Shown in pieces: positions 1 through 12,545 of a stretch of 64,000 bases of DNA. The position numbers were made by a program, and so were the translations under genes. A model generated the notes under the pieces. That model was not told the origin of the DNA. It did not search any database and saw only the letters and a list, made by a program, of their open reading frames with translations. The DNA comes from Geosiphon pyriformis uo1 (Eukaryota > Fungi > Glomeromycota). The stretch spans positions 693,639 to 757,638 of the forward strand of contig JAAOMT010000289.1 of NCBI GenBank assembly GCA_016748015.1. Direction: 5' to 3'. Every line of letters starts with the position of its first letter. Positions within the stretch are counted from its first letter, which is position 1.

Positions 1-754
1 CTGGACTAGCGTAGTAATAAGCGGAGATCGGTGGATGATGAGAAACTTGTTCTGAGACAAAAAAAGCTTCAGTTTTATCGGCAAACTGCCATCGTGCGCG
101 AAAATGTTCTCCTAACACAGGATTGTATGGTTTTTTTACCCCCTACAATATATATATATATATTATAAAGATAAGTTTAGGATTGGATTGGATTTGCAAG
201 CAAGTGAACATAACAACACAATAAAAGCCTATCAACCTTTGGCTTAATATGCCAGCCAGACAGATAATATCGCACAACATTCACAAACCGCTTAACAGGA
301 TCGTCTTGCTTTGATATTCTGAATTCAAGGATGAAAGAAAAAAGTGATGAGGCATAGAGAAACCTCCAGGGATATATTTTAAATACCCAAATGTTTGCAA
401 AAGTGAGAAAAAACTGTCGATTCGGATTTAATTATAGTTGAAAACCGTCTTAAATGATCAATATAAGTCTTATCAGATCATAATAGACTTTGATTTATAG
501 TGAGCAAGGGGAATTCTGTTACTTTAGAAAGAAAATGTTTTAAGAGCAATCAAAACAAACCTGAGAATCAGTTCAGGATGACTCATAAAATCGGTGATCC
601 TCTCTAGCATACTTCGTGGTTCCAAAACAAAAGTTGGCAATGTAACGCGATGTAAGTCCATGCCTTTTCGAAGTTGTGAGATGAGCCCGAGTAGAATGCT
701 CCTAGGCTCATCATCAAGAACTTCGGCATCATTAGAATTTTCCTCCTCTGCCAT
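1..754 (-). CDS. Oxysterol-binding protein (OSH6/7-like), 5' part; continues beyond window start
   Basis: Exons ~754-561, ~319-238 and ~142-1 joined by GT-AG introns give MAEEEN...[23 protein letters not shown]...[22 protein letters not shown]...[16 protein letters not shown] is the OSBP signature. Confidence 0.93.
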
Positions 755-1020
755 GGGTGATTAGGTTTATTGATGTAAAGAGATTCTAGAAATGAAATTT
801 TGAGCTCAGATTTATCTAATGAGGTTGTAGATCGCCACAGAAAAAACAAACGTCTAAAATTCGGGATTGGCTCTTTAAAAAGTGAACGAGAAACCAGTGG
901 TCATGGACTTGAGCCGTGAATACTATTCATCTGTTTTATGCCCGTTCATGCAGACCCGTCGAGGATTAAGTGGTAACACAAGTCCCAAAACCCCGCGGTA
1001 AATATTTGATATGTTACCAG

Positions 1021-1525
1021 TTATTTGGTCCTATCAGTCCCAAATTTTAAGTTTTTTTAATTTTTGGCGGGAAAATTTTAAAATATATTATTGTGCTTTT
1101 AAAATTTAAAAATATTATTATAGCATTTATTATTATTATTATTTTATTATTATTTTATATTTAAATATTTTATTTTTATTTTTTGTATAACTTTATTTAT
1201 TAACATAAATAATTATTGTTTTTTAAATTATTTGGTCATAATTAATTTTATAATTTAAAATGAAAATTTATTTAATTTATTTATAAATTTGATTAAAATT
1301 TGGTCAAAATAATAGTAATTAAAATAATTATTATAATTTTAAATGTTTTATTTTTAAATTTTAAATTTTTAAATTTTTCAATAATCATTTGGATACTTTT
1401 AAATAAATTAATAAATCTTTTAATAATTAAAACAATTAAAAAACATATAGTTTTTAAATAAATACATTATTATTAACATAAAAGAATAAAAAAAATGTTA
1501 AATTTTATTTTTATGCAAATAAAAA

Positions 1526-1580
<55 letters not shown>

Positions 1581-1947
1581 AAACATTATTTATTATAAAA
1601 AATTATATTTAATTTACTAAAAATAATTTTTTGTTTAAAGAGTTTTATAAATATATATTTATGTATATATATTGTTTAAATATTTAAAGTGGTTGGGCTA
1701 CATCGCAAGCATGTTAAATAAATAAATAAATATAAATATATATTTATATATTTGAAATTCATGTGAATAAATTTTAAATAAATAAATCTTTTGGCAGATT
1801 CTTTTTAAAAAATTATAAAATACTTCTTTAATAATTAATATCAATCAAATATAGATTAGATAATGAATATTAGGAGCCACGTTTAATATGAAACATATAT
1901 TTGTTGAATTTATTTAAATAACGGCTGGGATCTCACACTATATACAA

Positions 1948-1978
<31 letters not shown>

Positions 1979-2200
1979 AAACTTTTGATAATTTAAAGCT
2001 AGATCAAATATATAAACTCATCATTAAACTGTATAAAAATATAAAAATATACATATTTAACATTTTGGTGTCTGACGAATTTAGCAAAATTTTTTATCTG
2101 TTAATAAAAGATTTTATTCAAAACAAAAAAGTGTTGACTAAATCTTTTTTTTTTTTAATCAATTCAATTGTCAGCGTAAATACTTTTTTTTTTTTGTGAA
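1021..2200. mobile_element. AT-rich island of heavily decayed repeats, including LINE-like 3' ends with (TAAA)n tails
   Basis: Very low GC. GGGCTACATCGCAAGCATGT-(TAAA)n at ~1690-1735 and GGGATCTCACAC..(TAAA)n at ~1925-1981 resemble the element ends at 18.7 kb and 24.1-24.2 kb. Confidence 0.5.
1528..1579. repeat. (TTA)n microsatellite, ~17 units
   Basis: Perfect trinucleotide run seen directly. Confidence 0.95.
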
Positions 2201-2943
2201 TATTTCATAATTGTAACCCAAGAGGTAGTATTGGTACCCATTTCATTTACTGAATCATATCAAAATGAGAAATTCTTATCTCGATCAAAGAAAAAAATAA
2301 GTTAATTAAAAAGTGGTGTCAAAAAATTTTTAGATCAATTATTTACTTTGCGTAATACATATTTTATTTTGCTCTTGTTGGAAAATGAGCATGGCAAATA
2401 TTACCTTTCACTGAATCTCGTTAATTTTTCTCATAATTTAGGCTACCATTAAAAACTCTGTACTGTGCCAATCAAATTGTGGAACTTTTTTTGACTGCGC
2501 GGGAACAAACAAAATTCTGCGGCATTTTTTACATTTACTTATTCTTTACGATTATCAGGCTAAAAACTAAGCCTGCTTTGTTGGCTACATCGATCTAATT
2601 CTATGGATCTCGTAAACAATAGATCATGGAAAAAAAAAAAAAGGTTTCAGATTAAAATTACCCAAGTAAATCGCGTCCTTGGGCAATAGTCTCACGAAAA
2701 ACCCTAAACATGATTTTCGGGTGTTCTGAAATTTGAAAACTACGGTGATCGCTGGTAAGGCCGAATTAATATCTCGTTCATTAGAAAATAACAAGGGTGG
2801 GATTCATCCCGAATTCCTAAAATATGTTAATGATCGGTAAATCATCCTGTTAAAATAGAAATTCTCCAGACCGCCTGCAGTGCATTGACCGTTTGACAGG
2901 TTTTCTGCAAGTTCATCATCTGCAATATTCTTTTACCAAAAAA

Positions 2944-3060
2944 GGTTCATTGTCACCGCAGTTAGATCCTTTTGGATATCCAATATTAAAATAGACTGTA
3001 TTGGTTCATTATCACCGCAGTTAGATCCTTTGGATATCAAATATTAAAATAGACTGTATT
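2944..3060. repeat. Tandem duplication of a 58-59 bp unit
   Basis: ggttcattRtcaccgcagttagatcctt(t)tggatatcMaatattaaaatagactgtatt at 2944-3002 and 3003-3060, with 2 substitutions and 1 indel. Confidence 0.95.
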
Positions 3061-3154
3061 TAACTACAACCTCACTTGTTTAAGTTCCTTCTTCCGATTA
3101 CAAATATATAATCAAAGTAAATTTCTTATCATTAGAGCAAGAAACATTAAAAAA

Positions 3155-4760
3155 ATGCCTCTTCGTAAGACAACTAATAAATTATTTTCCAGGAGGGTAT
3201 CGTCCAGTAATCGTTTGCTTCCGGGTCAAACAAGGCTTGACCAGTACTTTACTGGTCCTTCTAATACCTCGACACCTTATAGCAACTCGACAATCTTACA
3301 ACTACCCTTGACAACTTCACTTCAATTCAAACGAAAAACATTGGGGGCTGTATCTATAGTTCCAGAAGCTAAGCGAGCCAAAAAAGAAAATGAGTCCCGA
3401 CAATGGGCAAGGACCCCCGCGCAACTTGTCGGACCTTCCGGAAACTCAACCTCCACTCAACCGCAACTATCAACGCCACCCCAATCTAAACGACCAAGAT
3501 TGGAGGATCCACAGGAGAAAATAGTCAAAAAAGAAAACGAGGGGCAATGGGGAGGGGTTTTTAGTGACATTTTGGACCGAAAAAATAACTCTGCTGCCAC
3601 GCGCATTCCCTACACCCTTAAAAATGATAAGGGAAAAGCCAGGGAAGTTCCAACTAGATCCCCGACACCTAACACGTGTTTAAAAGATGTATTAATTGAT
3701 TTAAACGCTGGGGAACTCAGCGAGGAAAACGATCCCCAACAATGGGAAAAAACTTTTGAGGATTTCGTTGGCAGCTCCTCATCCTCCCATCCCCCACCTC
3801 AGCTTAATAATAAGCCAAGGTTTAAACTTCAAATTATTGATTCCGAAGCCAAACAATCTAATAAGGAAAATATGGTGTATCACGATATAGGAAACTTTAA
3901 CTACCATACTACAAGTCGGGTTTACTGTCATAATAAGCCCAAGGGAAAAAGTAGGACGGGTCTGAGTACCTTCCCCCTTTCACTTTTGGAGGATCAAACA
4001 ACCGAAGGATTCAAAAAAGAAAATGATGTGCAAAAATGGGCCAGAGTTTTTGAGAATTTTGCTACCCAACAGAATAAACATCGTTACATTAGTAGAATAC
4101 GAGTCAGGGACCCAAAAGGTCGAAGAAAATTTTCCTTCCCCTATGACAAACGTATCGACTTACCCAAAGGGCAGGGAACCGGTTACAATAGCTACCATCC
4201 TAACGTCCTGGAGAATGGAAAATTTGATAGAGAGGTTTTCAATTCGCTGCCGGAAGGTATATATTATATTTTATATAATTTTAGTCGATTAGCTAATGTT
4301 CATTCAATTTTAAGATCTTAAAACCTATATATCGAACGAATCTCGCCACTTCCTACGAAATAAGAAATACGAGGAAGATAAAAAGTTTTGGATGGATGTT
4401 CGGCTTAAGGCATGGAAAGAACGGACTCGCTATAAGAGACGTCGATTCCCGATCCCGAACATTAAGATTGAGCCAAAAAAGAGGCCGGTTCTCCAAAGCA
4501 TGACCACTGTTGAGGAGATTCGAGCTATTATCAGGGTATGGATCCGTGATAACCTGAATTCAGAAAACTTGGAAGAGCTACTCCGATTCTTACTAGAGGT
4601 TATAGCCGATAAGGAATTGGAAAAAGTTCAATTAATCATCCGTTACTTGCAAAGGATAACTGAAAACTTGGGTGATGAATGGAAGCAGGCAACTTACTAT
4701 ATCACAGAGAAGATCAATGATACCGTCATGGAACTCTATGACGGTTCACTTTTATTCTAA
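3155..4760 (+). CDS. REV1-CTD/UBM/PIP-box protein lacking a polymerase domain (~515 aa, 2 exons: 3155-4256, 4315-4760)
   Basis: A GTATAT...CTAAT...TAAG intron (4257-4314) joins both ORFs in frame and creates UBM-like FDREVFNSLPEDLKTYI. The C-terminus RPVLQ..EEIRAIIRVWI..KELEKVQLIIRYLQR..W..A..I..Y..SL matches the REV1 C-terminal helical bundle. N-terminal QTRLDQYF fits a PIP box. Confidence 0.8.
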
Positions 4761-5644
4761 TTATCAGAGTAGAGATACTGAAGGGTGGTATTATTTTTTG
4801 AAGTCCTACTTTTCTGCTTTTAACAAATGAATTCCTGAAATATTTACTAATCGGCTTCATATTTATTTTCATTAATTTAAAACATTGGCTTCCATAAAGA
4901 ACAAGAAATTCTAATTTGATAGTCTGATTATCTTTTTTAGCGAAACACTAATTATTTGAGTCATATTTTATAGGTAATTGCGCGTCTCCGAATCCTAACT
5001 GATGCGAGACATCCCAAACTGTAGATTTAAATCATATTCGATTCAGGAGCTATAGGTACGAGTTGGTGGGTGCGGCTGTTAGGCTCCGAGCTTAGCATGT
5101 CCTGATGCATGATGTCCAGGATGATTTCTATTAAATTTATGGATCGAATTTACACCTTTTCGAAACAGAAGATTAGAATTATACATTTTAGTTAATCTTA
5201 CGAAAATGAATCATGTATTCTCTCTTCTTCTTCAAAAAAAAAAAGGCAAATATGGAATGAAAATAAAATCATGGGTAATAAAAAAGGAAAAATAAAACTT
5301 GAAACTTAAAGAAACCTATTAATCCTCATTTTTGATTACCTAAAACAACCCTTGTATAGGGGGAGAACTTCATTAGTTTAATCAAATTTATCTCTATTGC
5401 AGAAATTTGATTGATAACGTTTTTGTTACTTAGGATATCATTGGCAAAATTGAGGAATATTAAATCGAATCTAATAATGTTCCCTCAGAATAATAAAAAT
5501 TATACAAAGATAAACTGGTAACGGTATGTAGGATTAACCACTATTAAAACATCATTTAACTCGATTTTATTGAATCTTATAACAATGCCATGAGATTTAT
5601 CTGCCAAAATCCTTAGGTATTATTTACAATTAAATAGTCCCCAA

Positions 5645-8600
5645 TTAGTCCATATCCATTTTTGTCTCTCCCTCCTCCTCTTCTGAAGTTTCTTCAATTG
5701 GTTCGTGTAAATCAACCTCGAATTGAATGTCTTGATCAGAGCCCATATACGAGTCAGACATGAAATAAAGGGTAAGAGTCTGTCGGCCAATTCTTTCGGG
5801 GTAGGCGACCTCTAACTTTATATCTAGTTCCTTGTTCAAGGTGATCCGTTTTATACCCAAAAGTTTATTGTCCTCTGGATCACAAACAACTATCCACCAA
5901 CCTTCATCTTTCTTGTGTGGAAAGTAGGGCGCTATTACCGGGCCGATATCATTTTCTTCGTCCCGTTTCAAATGTACTTCAATATTTCCTTGAGCGCCAG
6001 CCAATAATTCATCCTCGTCCAACACTTTCACTGAAACCTCAATGTCTGGATAGCGGTTGGAAAATTTTGCGACTTCATTGAATTTTGAATCTTCCAGTTG
6101 AAGTATCTTTCGAAGTTCATCCTCATCCCTTTCCCCTAATTCAAATACGTTCTCAACCCCATGCTTTTTACAACGCTGAATAAGAGCATCGGTAAAGTAA
6201 GGGACCTGTTTTAACTCTGAATCCCGATCCCATACAGCTTGAACACACATCTGCGACAATTCCATCGCAGCTAGTGCGGGTTTTAGCCATCCTTCAGAAC
6301 TGATCACATCGACAATGGCTTGAAGCAAAGGAATGATTTTGCCTAATATCATGGTTTGATCTGATTGCAAATCTGGGGGCAATTGATTCCTAGAAAAGTG
6401 TGCTTGCAACAAAATGTTCGTCTTGACATGAGGTGAATTAAATTTAGGCGATTTGAGTTTAGCCGGGACTCTATCATAAATTGCTCTGAGGATCTTGTCT
6501 TCGTGATGGCGTATTGGGATAGATTCAAATTCCGCAGCTGAAGCAACAATTTCTAAAAGTCCACGAATTTTGGTCTTGGCATTTAGACTCATACTAAACA
6601 TTTCCACTGTTATATAGCTGACGTTATAATATGCGGCAATCATCCCTAGGTTAAGGCTTGTTACATCCATTTCATCTTCTAAGCTTATACATTTAGAAGC
6701 AGTCAGATCATTCACAGTTGTCTCAACCAATTCTGATAAATGATCGGACAAGTGTCTATGGTCCGATCCTTGCATGCCATAATAGTTGGGGTTTTCAACC
6801 ATTCGACGATACAAAAATGTCCAAGTGAGATAATCGACTGCATCTTGTTTGTTTTCAATTGTTCGTGTCATGATCTCTGCATTGAAATGATCATGTAAAA
6901 AATGATCCAAATGGGATTCCACTGGGAGGGCTTCGTATAAAAATTTCTTGTAAAATTCCTTTTTGATAGCTTGGCACATTAAAACACATCGCCCTGTATC
7001 ATCTTCTCGGGGGCGGCAGGCTCGACCCATCATTTGAAGAACGTCAGTGATTGGATAGTCAGCGTAACGATGTTCTTTGCCTTCGAAATATTGAGTTCCC
7101 ATTATTACAACCAGATGACAATTCAAATTTAAGCCCCAACATGTATCGCGTGATGCTACCAAAACTTGAATGGCTCCCGCTTGAAATAAACTTTGCACAA
7201 TTTCTTTATCGTTCGGGCTCAAAGCCTCATGATAGAAACCAACACCATGCTGCAAAGTTGCAAATAAAGCTTTATCATTAATAGCTTCCAAATGCTCTTG
7301 AATATCTTCAATATTTGCATGCAAGAACCGATTGGGAACACCATCGGCAGCGCTGAAAGTAAGTAAATCTAGTGCTGTCAGGCGACTTTGTTTACGAGAG
7401 GGGACAAAAACAATAGCCGGTCTCTCTAAGGAATATGCTGTAATAGAAACATAAACCGGTTTCGCCATGGCCATCATCAATGAAGCAAAATGAGGTATAT
7501 TATAATTTTGAATGTGTATTTCCAAGGGCACAGGTCGAACACTTGGATGGAAATTGAAAATATTTGCAGGCTTCGCGGCAATCCATTCGCCAAGATCTAG
7601 GGCATTGGCCAAAGAAGTACTTAAACAGACAATACGAATTTGGTTTGCTATTTGACCCGTCTTTTTTTTCTCTTCACCAATTTGCTCAGCTATATAACGC
7701 ATACGTGAGACCACAATTTCATATGTTGGCCCAACATCACTGCCAATCAAATGTATTTCGTCCGCAATGAATAAAGCGACTGTTTGAACATTTTTACGCT
7801 GTTTCCACCTTCTAGATATCAAATCCCATTGCGTAGGTGTAGCGAAGATTACATCACCGCCTTCCAAGAGTTTTAAGTCAGCGCTAAGTTCTCCTGTAAG
7901 AGCGACAATACTCTTACCACCTTGAATATTGCCAAACTTCTGTCGCCACTCTACAACTTGATGGTCGACTAACTCTTGAAACGGTGCAATATATACGCAA
8001 CGTCCTGGGTTTGGCTTAGACCATAAACGGAGCAAAGCGAATTCAGCACACACAGTTTTACCAGAGCCCGGAGGAGCTCCAACAAATACGTTGTCGTCAG
8101 AGTTATATAGGGCATTAAAAACTTGTGTTTGAATAGGATTAAACTTATCAATCCATGTATTATAGACTCTTTCAAATTCGCTATTGCGTAACGCGGTGAC
8201 AGGCAAAGGCTGCATGTCCAACAATTCTGTATGTGGTGGATACTTCTTGGGGAGAATTAGATGTCGGAAAGATACAGGTAATTTTGTCTCGCAATGCAAC
8301 CATCGGTCAGAAATGACGGAAATGAAATAATTTGGTGGTAAAGGTTCAAAAAGTGGTACGGTAAAGGTAATGATATGATCCTCTTCGGCATACTTTTTCT
8401 TAAGGATGAAAGAGTCGTGGTATAGAATCACATCGCCATCAACATCTTCAACCAAAACCCAAAATGCCTCACCCGTACCATGAATATTATCATCCCACTG
8501 GAAGTCAGGTGTTATGGTGAGTTCGACTTTGAGCAATGATCGTGTAATAGGTTGGACGAATGATTTCAGGGATAACTTTGGGAACTGATGAACAAGCTTA

Positions 8601-11600
8601 TAAATTAATTTGGCAAGATTTTGACCAACTAATTGAGACAGTTCAGGAACTCCTAAATCAAAGTATCTTTCCCATTCAAATTCTTTCTTTTCTATCTTCT
8701 TTATATGCTCAAATTGCAATCTTTTGAATTGACGAAAAGGTGTCATGGAAAGCCACATTTGCTTTTCAACCATCTTGCAAAGATCCAAAGCTCTTCGGGA
8801 AAGTTGAGACCACCCTCGTTTAAGGCAGATCTCAAACATAGCTCGAAGAAGCCGGCTAGCTGACTGCGTGACATATACCATATCTGATACAAGTGCGAAA
8901 CCTTCTAATTTAAGTTGAGATATGTAAGCCTGAAGTAATACATTAATTTTAGAGGTTGGTTCCTCGATTCCTTCCTTGACAGGAATAGGTACACGCTCCA
9001 AAAGTTTTGACAATTCGAGCTTCTCTTCTTCGCGTACAGGAATGTATTTGAATTCATCAGAGAGGGCAAAGACACGAAATAGCTCTATATGTCCCATCAT
9101 TGGTTTTAAGTGCTGATTGTAAGTCGCCATAGAATTGTGTGTTATATAATAGTGCGAGGCGATCCGTCCCAACTCAGTGACTTGGAATCGGCCAGTCTTT
9201 TTATCGTATTTTATTAAATTGGATTTATCAAGGAGCAATGCCGCAGAATGAATTAAATCTACCCGCTTCTGTTCAAGGTAAGGGTCCTCATCTAGGTAAT
9301 CTAATGTGATGCCATATAATGTGGGATTGCGTAACATTCGAACATAAAGGTATGTATAACCTAACCATTGTACGGCTTCATCACGATTACGCACTGTTCC
9401 CAAAACAATTTCAGCATTCAAATTATCTCCCAATTTACTGATAAACTGACTTTCGATTGGCAACTGTTGATTGAGTAAAGATAAATAATATTGAAGCTCA
9501 CTATGAGATGTTATGATTATACCTTCGCCAAATGTGTCGTACTGAGGGCGACCAGAGCGACCCAACATCTGGAGGACGTCTTCAGGGCTAAGTTCAACCC
9601 ATCGACCTTTTTCGGGTGAATAAATTTGCGTACCCTTGATAATAACGGTATGGGCAGGTAAATTAACACCCCAAGCTAAAGTTGCAGTAGATACAAGAAC
9701 TTGGATATGTTTATCAGAAAAAAGTCCCTCAACAAGCTCACGATCGGTACGATTCATTCCAGCATGATGAATTCCAAAACCATATGGCAATAAATCTTGA
9801 AGGTTAGGGTCTTTGGCCGTGGGCGCTTCAGTTTGTAAAATTTCACGACTTGCAGAATCTTCTCTTAAAAATTGACCAATCGTGTCCTTTTCCAAAGCCA
9901 TATCACGAATAGTTTTGGCTGTTTTGGCTGTTTCTTTACGTGAATGTACAAATATTAGTACTTGATTGTTCCCAGCCTGAGCCATTACTTTTTGATAGGC
10001 AACTTCATTCATAACTTGAAATCGTTTGATAGCTTTCTTTTCAGTAATGCCTATGTATTCCTGTTTTAAAGGGCATGGTCGGTAACTACTGTCAAAGTGA
10101 AACAAACCCTTATTGGGATCAACTCGCAAAAATGTGGCCACATCAGCGTAATTTGGTAAAGTAGCTGAAAGACCCACTAATCTTATCATCTCTTGCGTCT
10201 GCTCCATGTGACGAATTGTACGTGCTACTATACTTTCGATCACAGGGCCACGATCATCATGGAGTAAGTGAATTTCATCGAATATAATGAGCTTTACAAG
10301 ATTAGTATAGCTACGGTCGGTAGCTTTCCGTGTGATAACATCCCATTTTTCTGGGGTTGTGACAATAATTTGGGTCTCCGAAATTTGTTGTTTGGTGAGT
10401 TGCCTATCACCCGTTAGCTCCGAGACTTTGATACCAAAAGATGCCAGACGAGTTGAGAAATTACCCACCATTTCTTGTACTAGAGCTTTCATAGGCGCAA
10501 TATATACAATTTTGAAGTTATCTGTATTGATGAGCCCAGTTTCTTCGTTGCGATGTTTTGAAAGTTCATTAAGAATACAGAGCATAGCAACGTTTGTTTT
10601 ACCCGAGCCAGTTGGGGCACATAGCAACAAGTTATCATCGGCTCCAAAAGCAACAGGATATAATTTGCTTTGAATCCGATTGAGATTTTTTGCCCCCCTA
10701 AAAGCATCCTGTATCCATGCTGGGATTTCCTTGAGAGGAATGAGTTTTTCATCTTCCGCAAATGGTTTTGGTTTTGGTGGGGGAACATGTATTTCTTCAT
10801 ATCCTTTCATTGGTTTTTTAAATGACCCTTGAGGCAGTGTACAATTTTTATTAGACATCAAGTGGCCACCTTGCGTGAATGCCAAAGATTCGAGATCGAT
10901 TACTGCTTTGGGCATAGCTGACGCCCCCAAAGGAGCCTTGGCTTTAATCGTGATGGATGGACCATGCGTTATAGATGGCTGATCAATTTCCATAATATTT
11001 TCTACAACCCCTCTGCGGGCTGCGCCTTCTCCGCGACGGACTCTTTCACCTGCAAGTTCTTTTAATATCCACTCCAGACCTTTTTCCTTAATTTCATTTT
11101 CTATTTCTAAACGATGGGGGTCTTCATTTCCAACTCTGGCCAGTTTTGTGCACCAAACTATAACATCTCTATTTGCGGTTAAGGTTTTTACAAGGTCAAA
11201 TTTATCATAATCATATAAGTTCATCAAAGCATTTTCGCATTCACGAGGATCATAATCTGAAGCAAGAATGAGCATCGTGCTGGACGTTTTTTCTTGGGCA
11301 GTATGAGGGTCTGAATAATAATTGGAAACCAGGCGCTGTAGCCAAAAGGCATCAATGTCATGAGGTGAAATTTTTTTTTCAGACTGTATGTCAGTTAACT
11401 TCTTAGATGGGAAATATCCAGGTCCTTGTACTGTATTAAAACCTTCGGCCTCTTCGTCTGAAAAATACTCATCCCTTTCATCACCAATCTGGCCCAAGCC
11501 TAAGATACCAGTTGTTTCTGCTTCAACTCCACCCTCATCTTCCCCATCATCTTCTGATTCAACCTCATATGTTCCATATTCATCTTCATCCTCTTCTTCT

Positions 11601-12343
11601 TCATCAAAGACAACTGCCACACCTAGTTCATCATCGATATCACCGGCACGATCACCGTCTTTGTCAATTTCCATCTCATCATCAGCTCGGTAATCAGTTA
11701 ATTTTTTGACAAGATTGACCAGTTGAGCAAAACGATCCGAAGCGATTGGGCCAATAGCCACTTCAATCTGCTTCAATTTATCGAAATCTTTCAGAGTATC
11801 AGCTTTCAAGATTTTTAAAACATCATCCGCTGCACTGCGAACAACATCTTGACTTTGATCGCCTAGATTCTGATATACAAATGCGAGAATTAATTCATAG
11901 GCTTCACGTGTTTCTTTTGTTCTTGGCCGATACGAAAGACTCTCCACATCTTCTGTGGCCGTCAACACGTTCGAATAGCCATATGCCTTTTTAATGTCTC
12001 TTTGAAGCAAATTTCAAGCAAACAATAGTTATTTAATAGGTTTAAAAAAGTGAGTAACATATTTTTCTCAAAATCAAACCTACGTTTCTTCTTTTCGCCT
12101 TCGCTTTTTTTCTTCTGCCTCCTCAGCTTTACGTGGTTTCTTCTTCTTCGCCTCTAGATCCTTCACACTACTTCTCTGTGCTCGGGTACCAAAGTCTTTA
12201 GGGTTAATCTTTCCCCACAAAGATTCTGGCTCACCCGAAGGTTCATGATCTCGGCGTGGTAACTCGGATCTATTAGCTTGAAGTACGAGATTCGAGTTTG
12301 CGGTGTACTGATACTGATTGCCACGGGCAATTTGTTCAGCCAT
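5645..12343 (-). CDS. BRR2: U5 snRNP 200 kDa RNA helicase Brr2 (exons 12343-12084 and 11999-5645)
   Basis: Two Ski2-like helicase cassettes ([12 protein letters not shown] and [12 protein letters not shown]) plus two Sec63 units. N-terminus [14 protein letters not shown] is conserved. One GT-AG intron at 12000-12083. Confidence 0.98.
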
Positions 12344-12545
12344 TAATAAAAAAAAATTACTGAAGAAGGATGAGAACGAAAGCCAGAATGCTCAAAATGA
12401 TGGCAAACTCTCGCACAAAGAATAGATATAGTTTCCGTTGAAAAGTGATCGTTACCACTGTTGACACTTTCAATTTATTTAAATTTCTAATGAGATCATT
12501 TAGATTGCGTAGATCATTTCAGCAANNNNNNNNNNNNNNNNNNNN

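Noticed and set aside
4970-5130. GC-richer patch with a small hairpin downstream of the REV1-CTD gene
   Set aside because: No tRNA/snRNA/snoRNA hallmarks recognised; evidence too weak.
6349-11709. Small alternative-frame and antisense ORFs inside BRR2 (likewise in CCT7, UBA2, SSC1 and the retroelements)
   Set aside because: Shadow ORFs of real coding sequence with no independent evidence.
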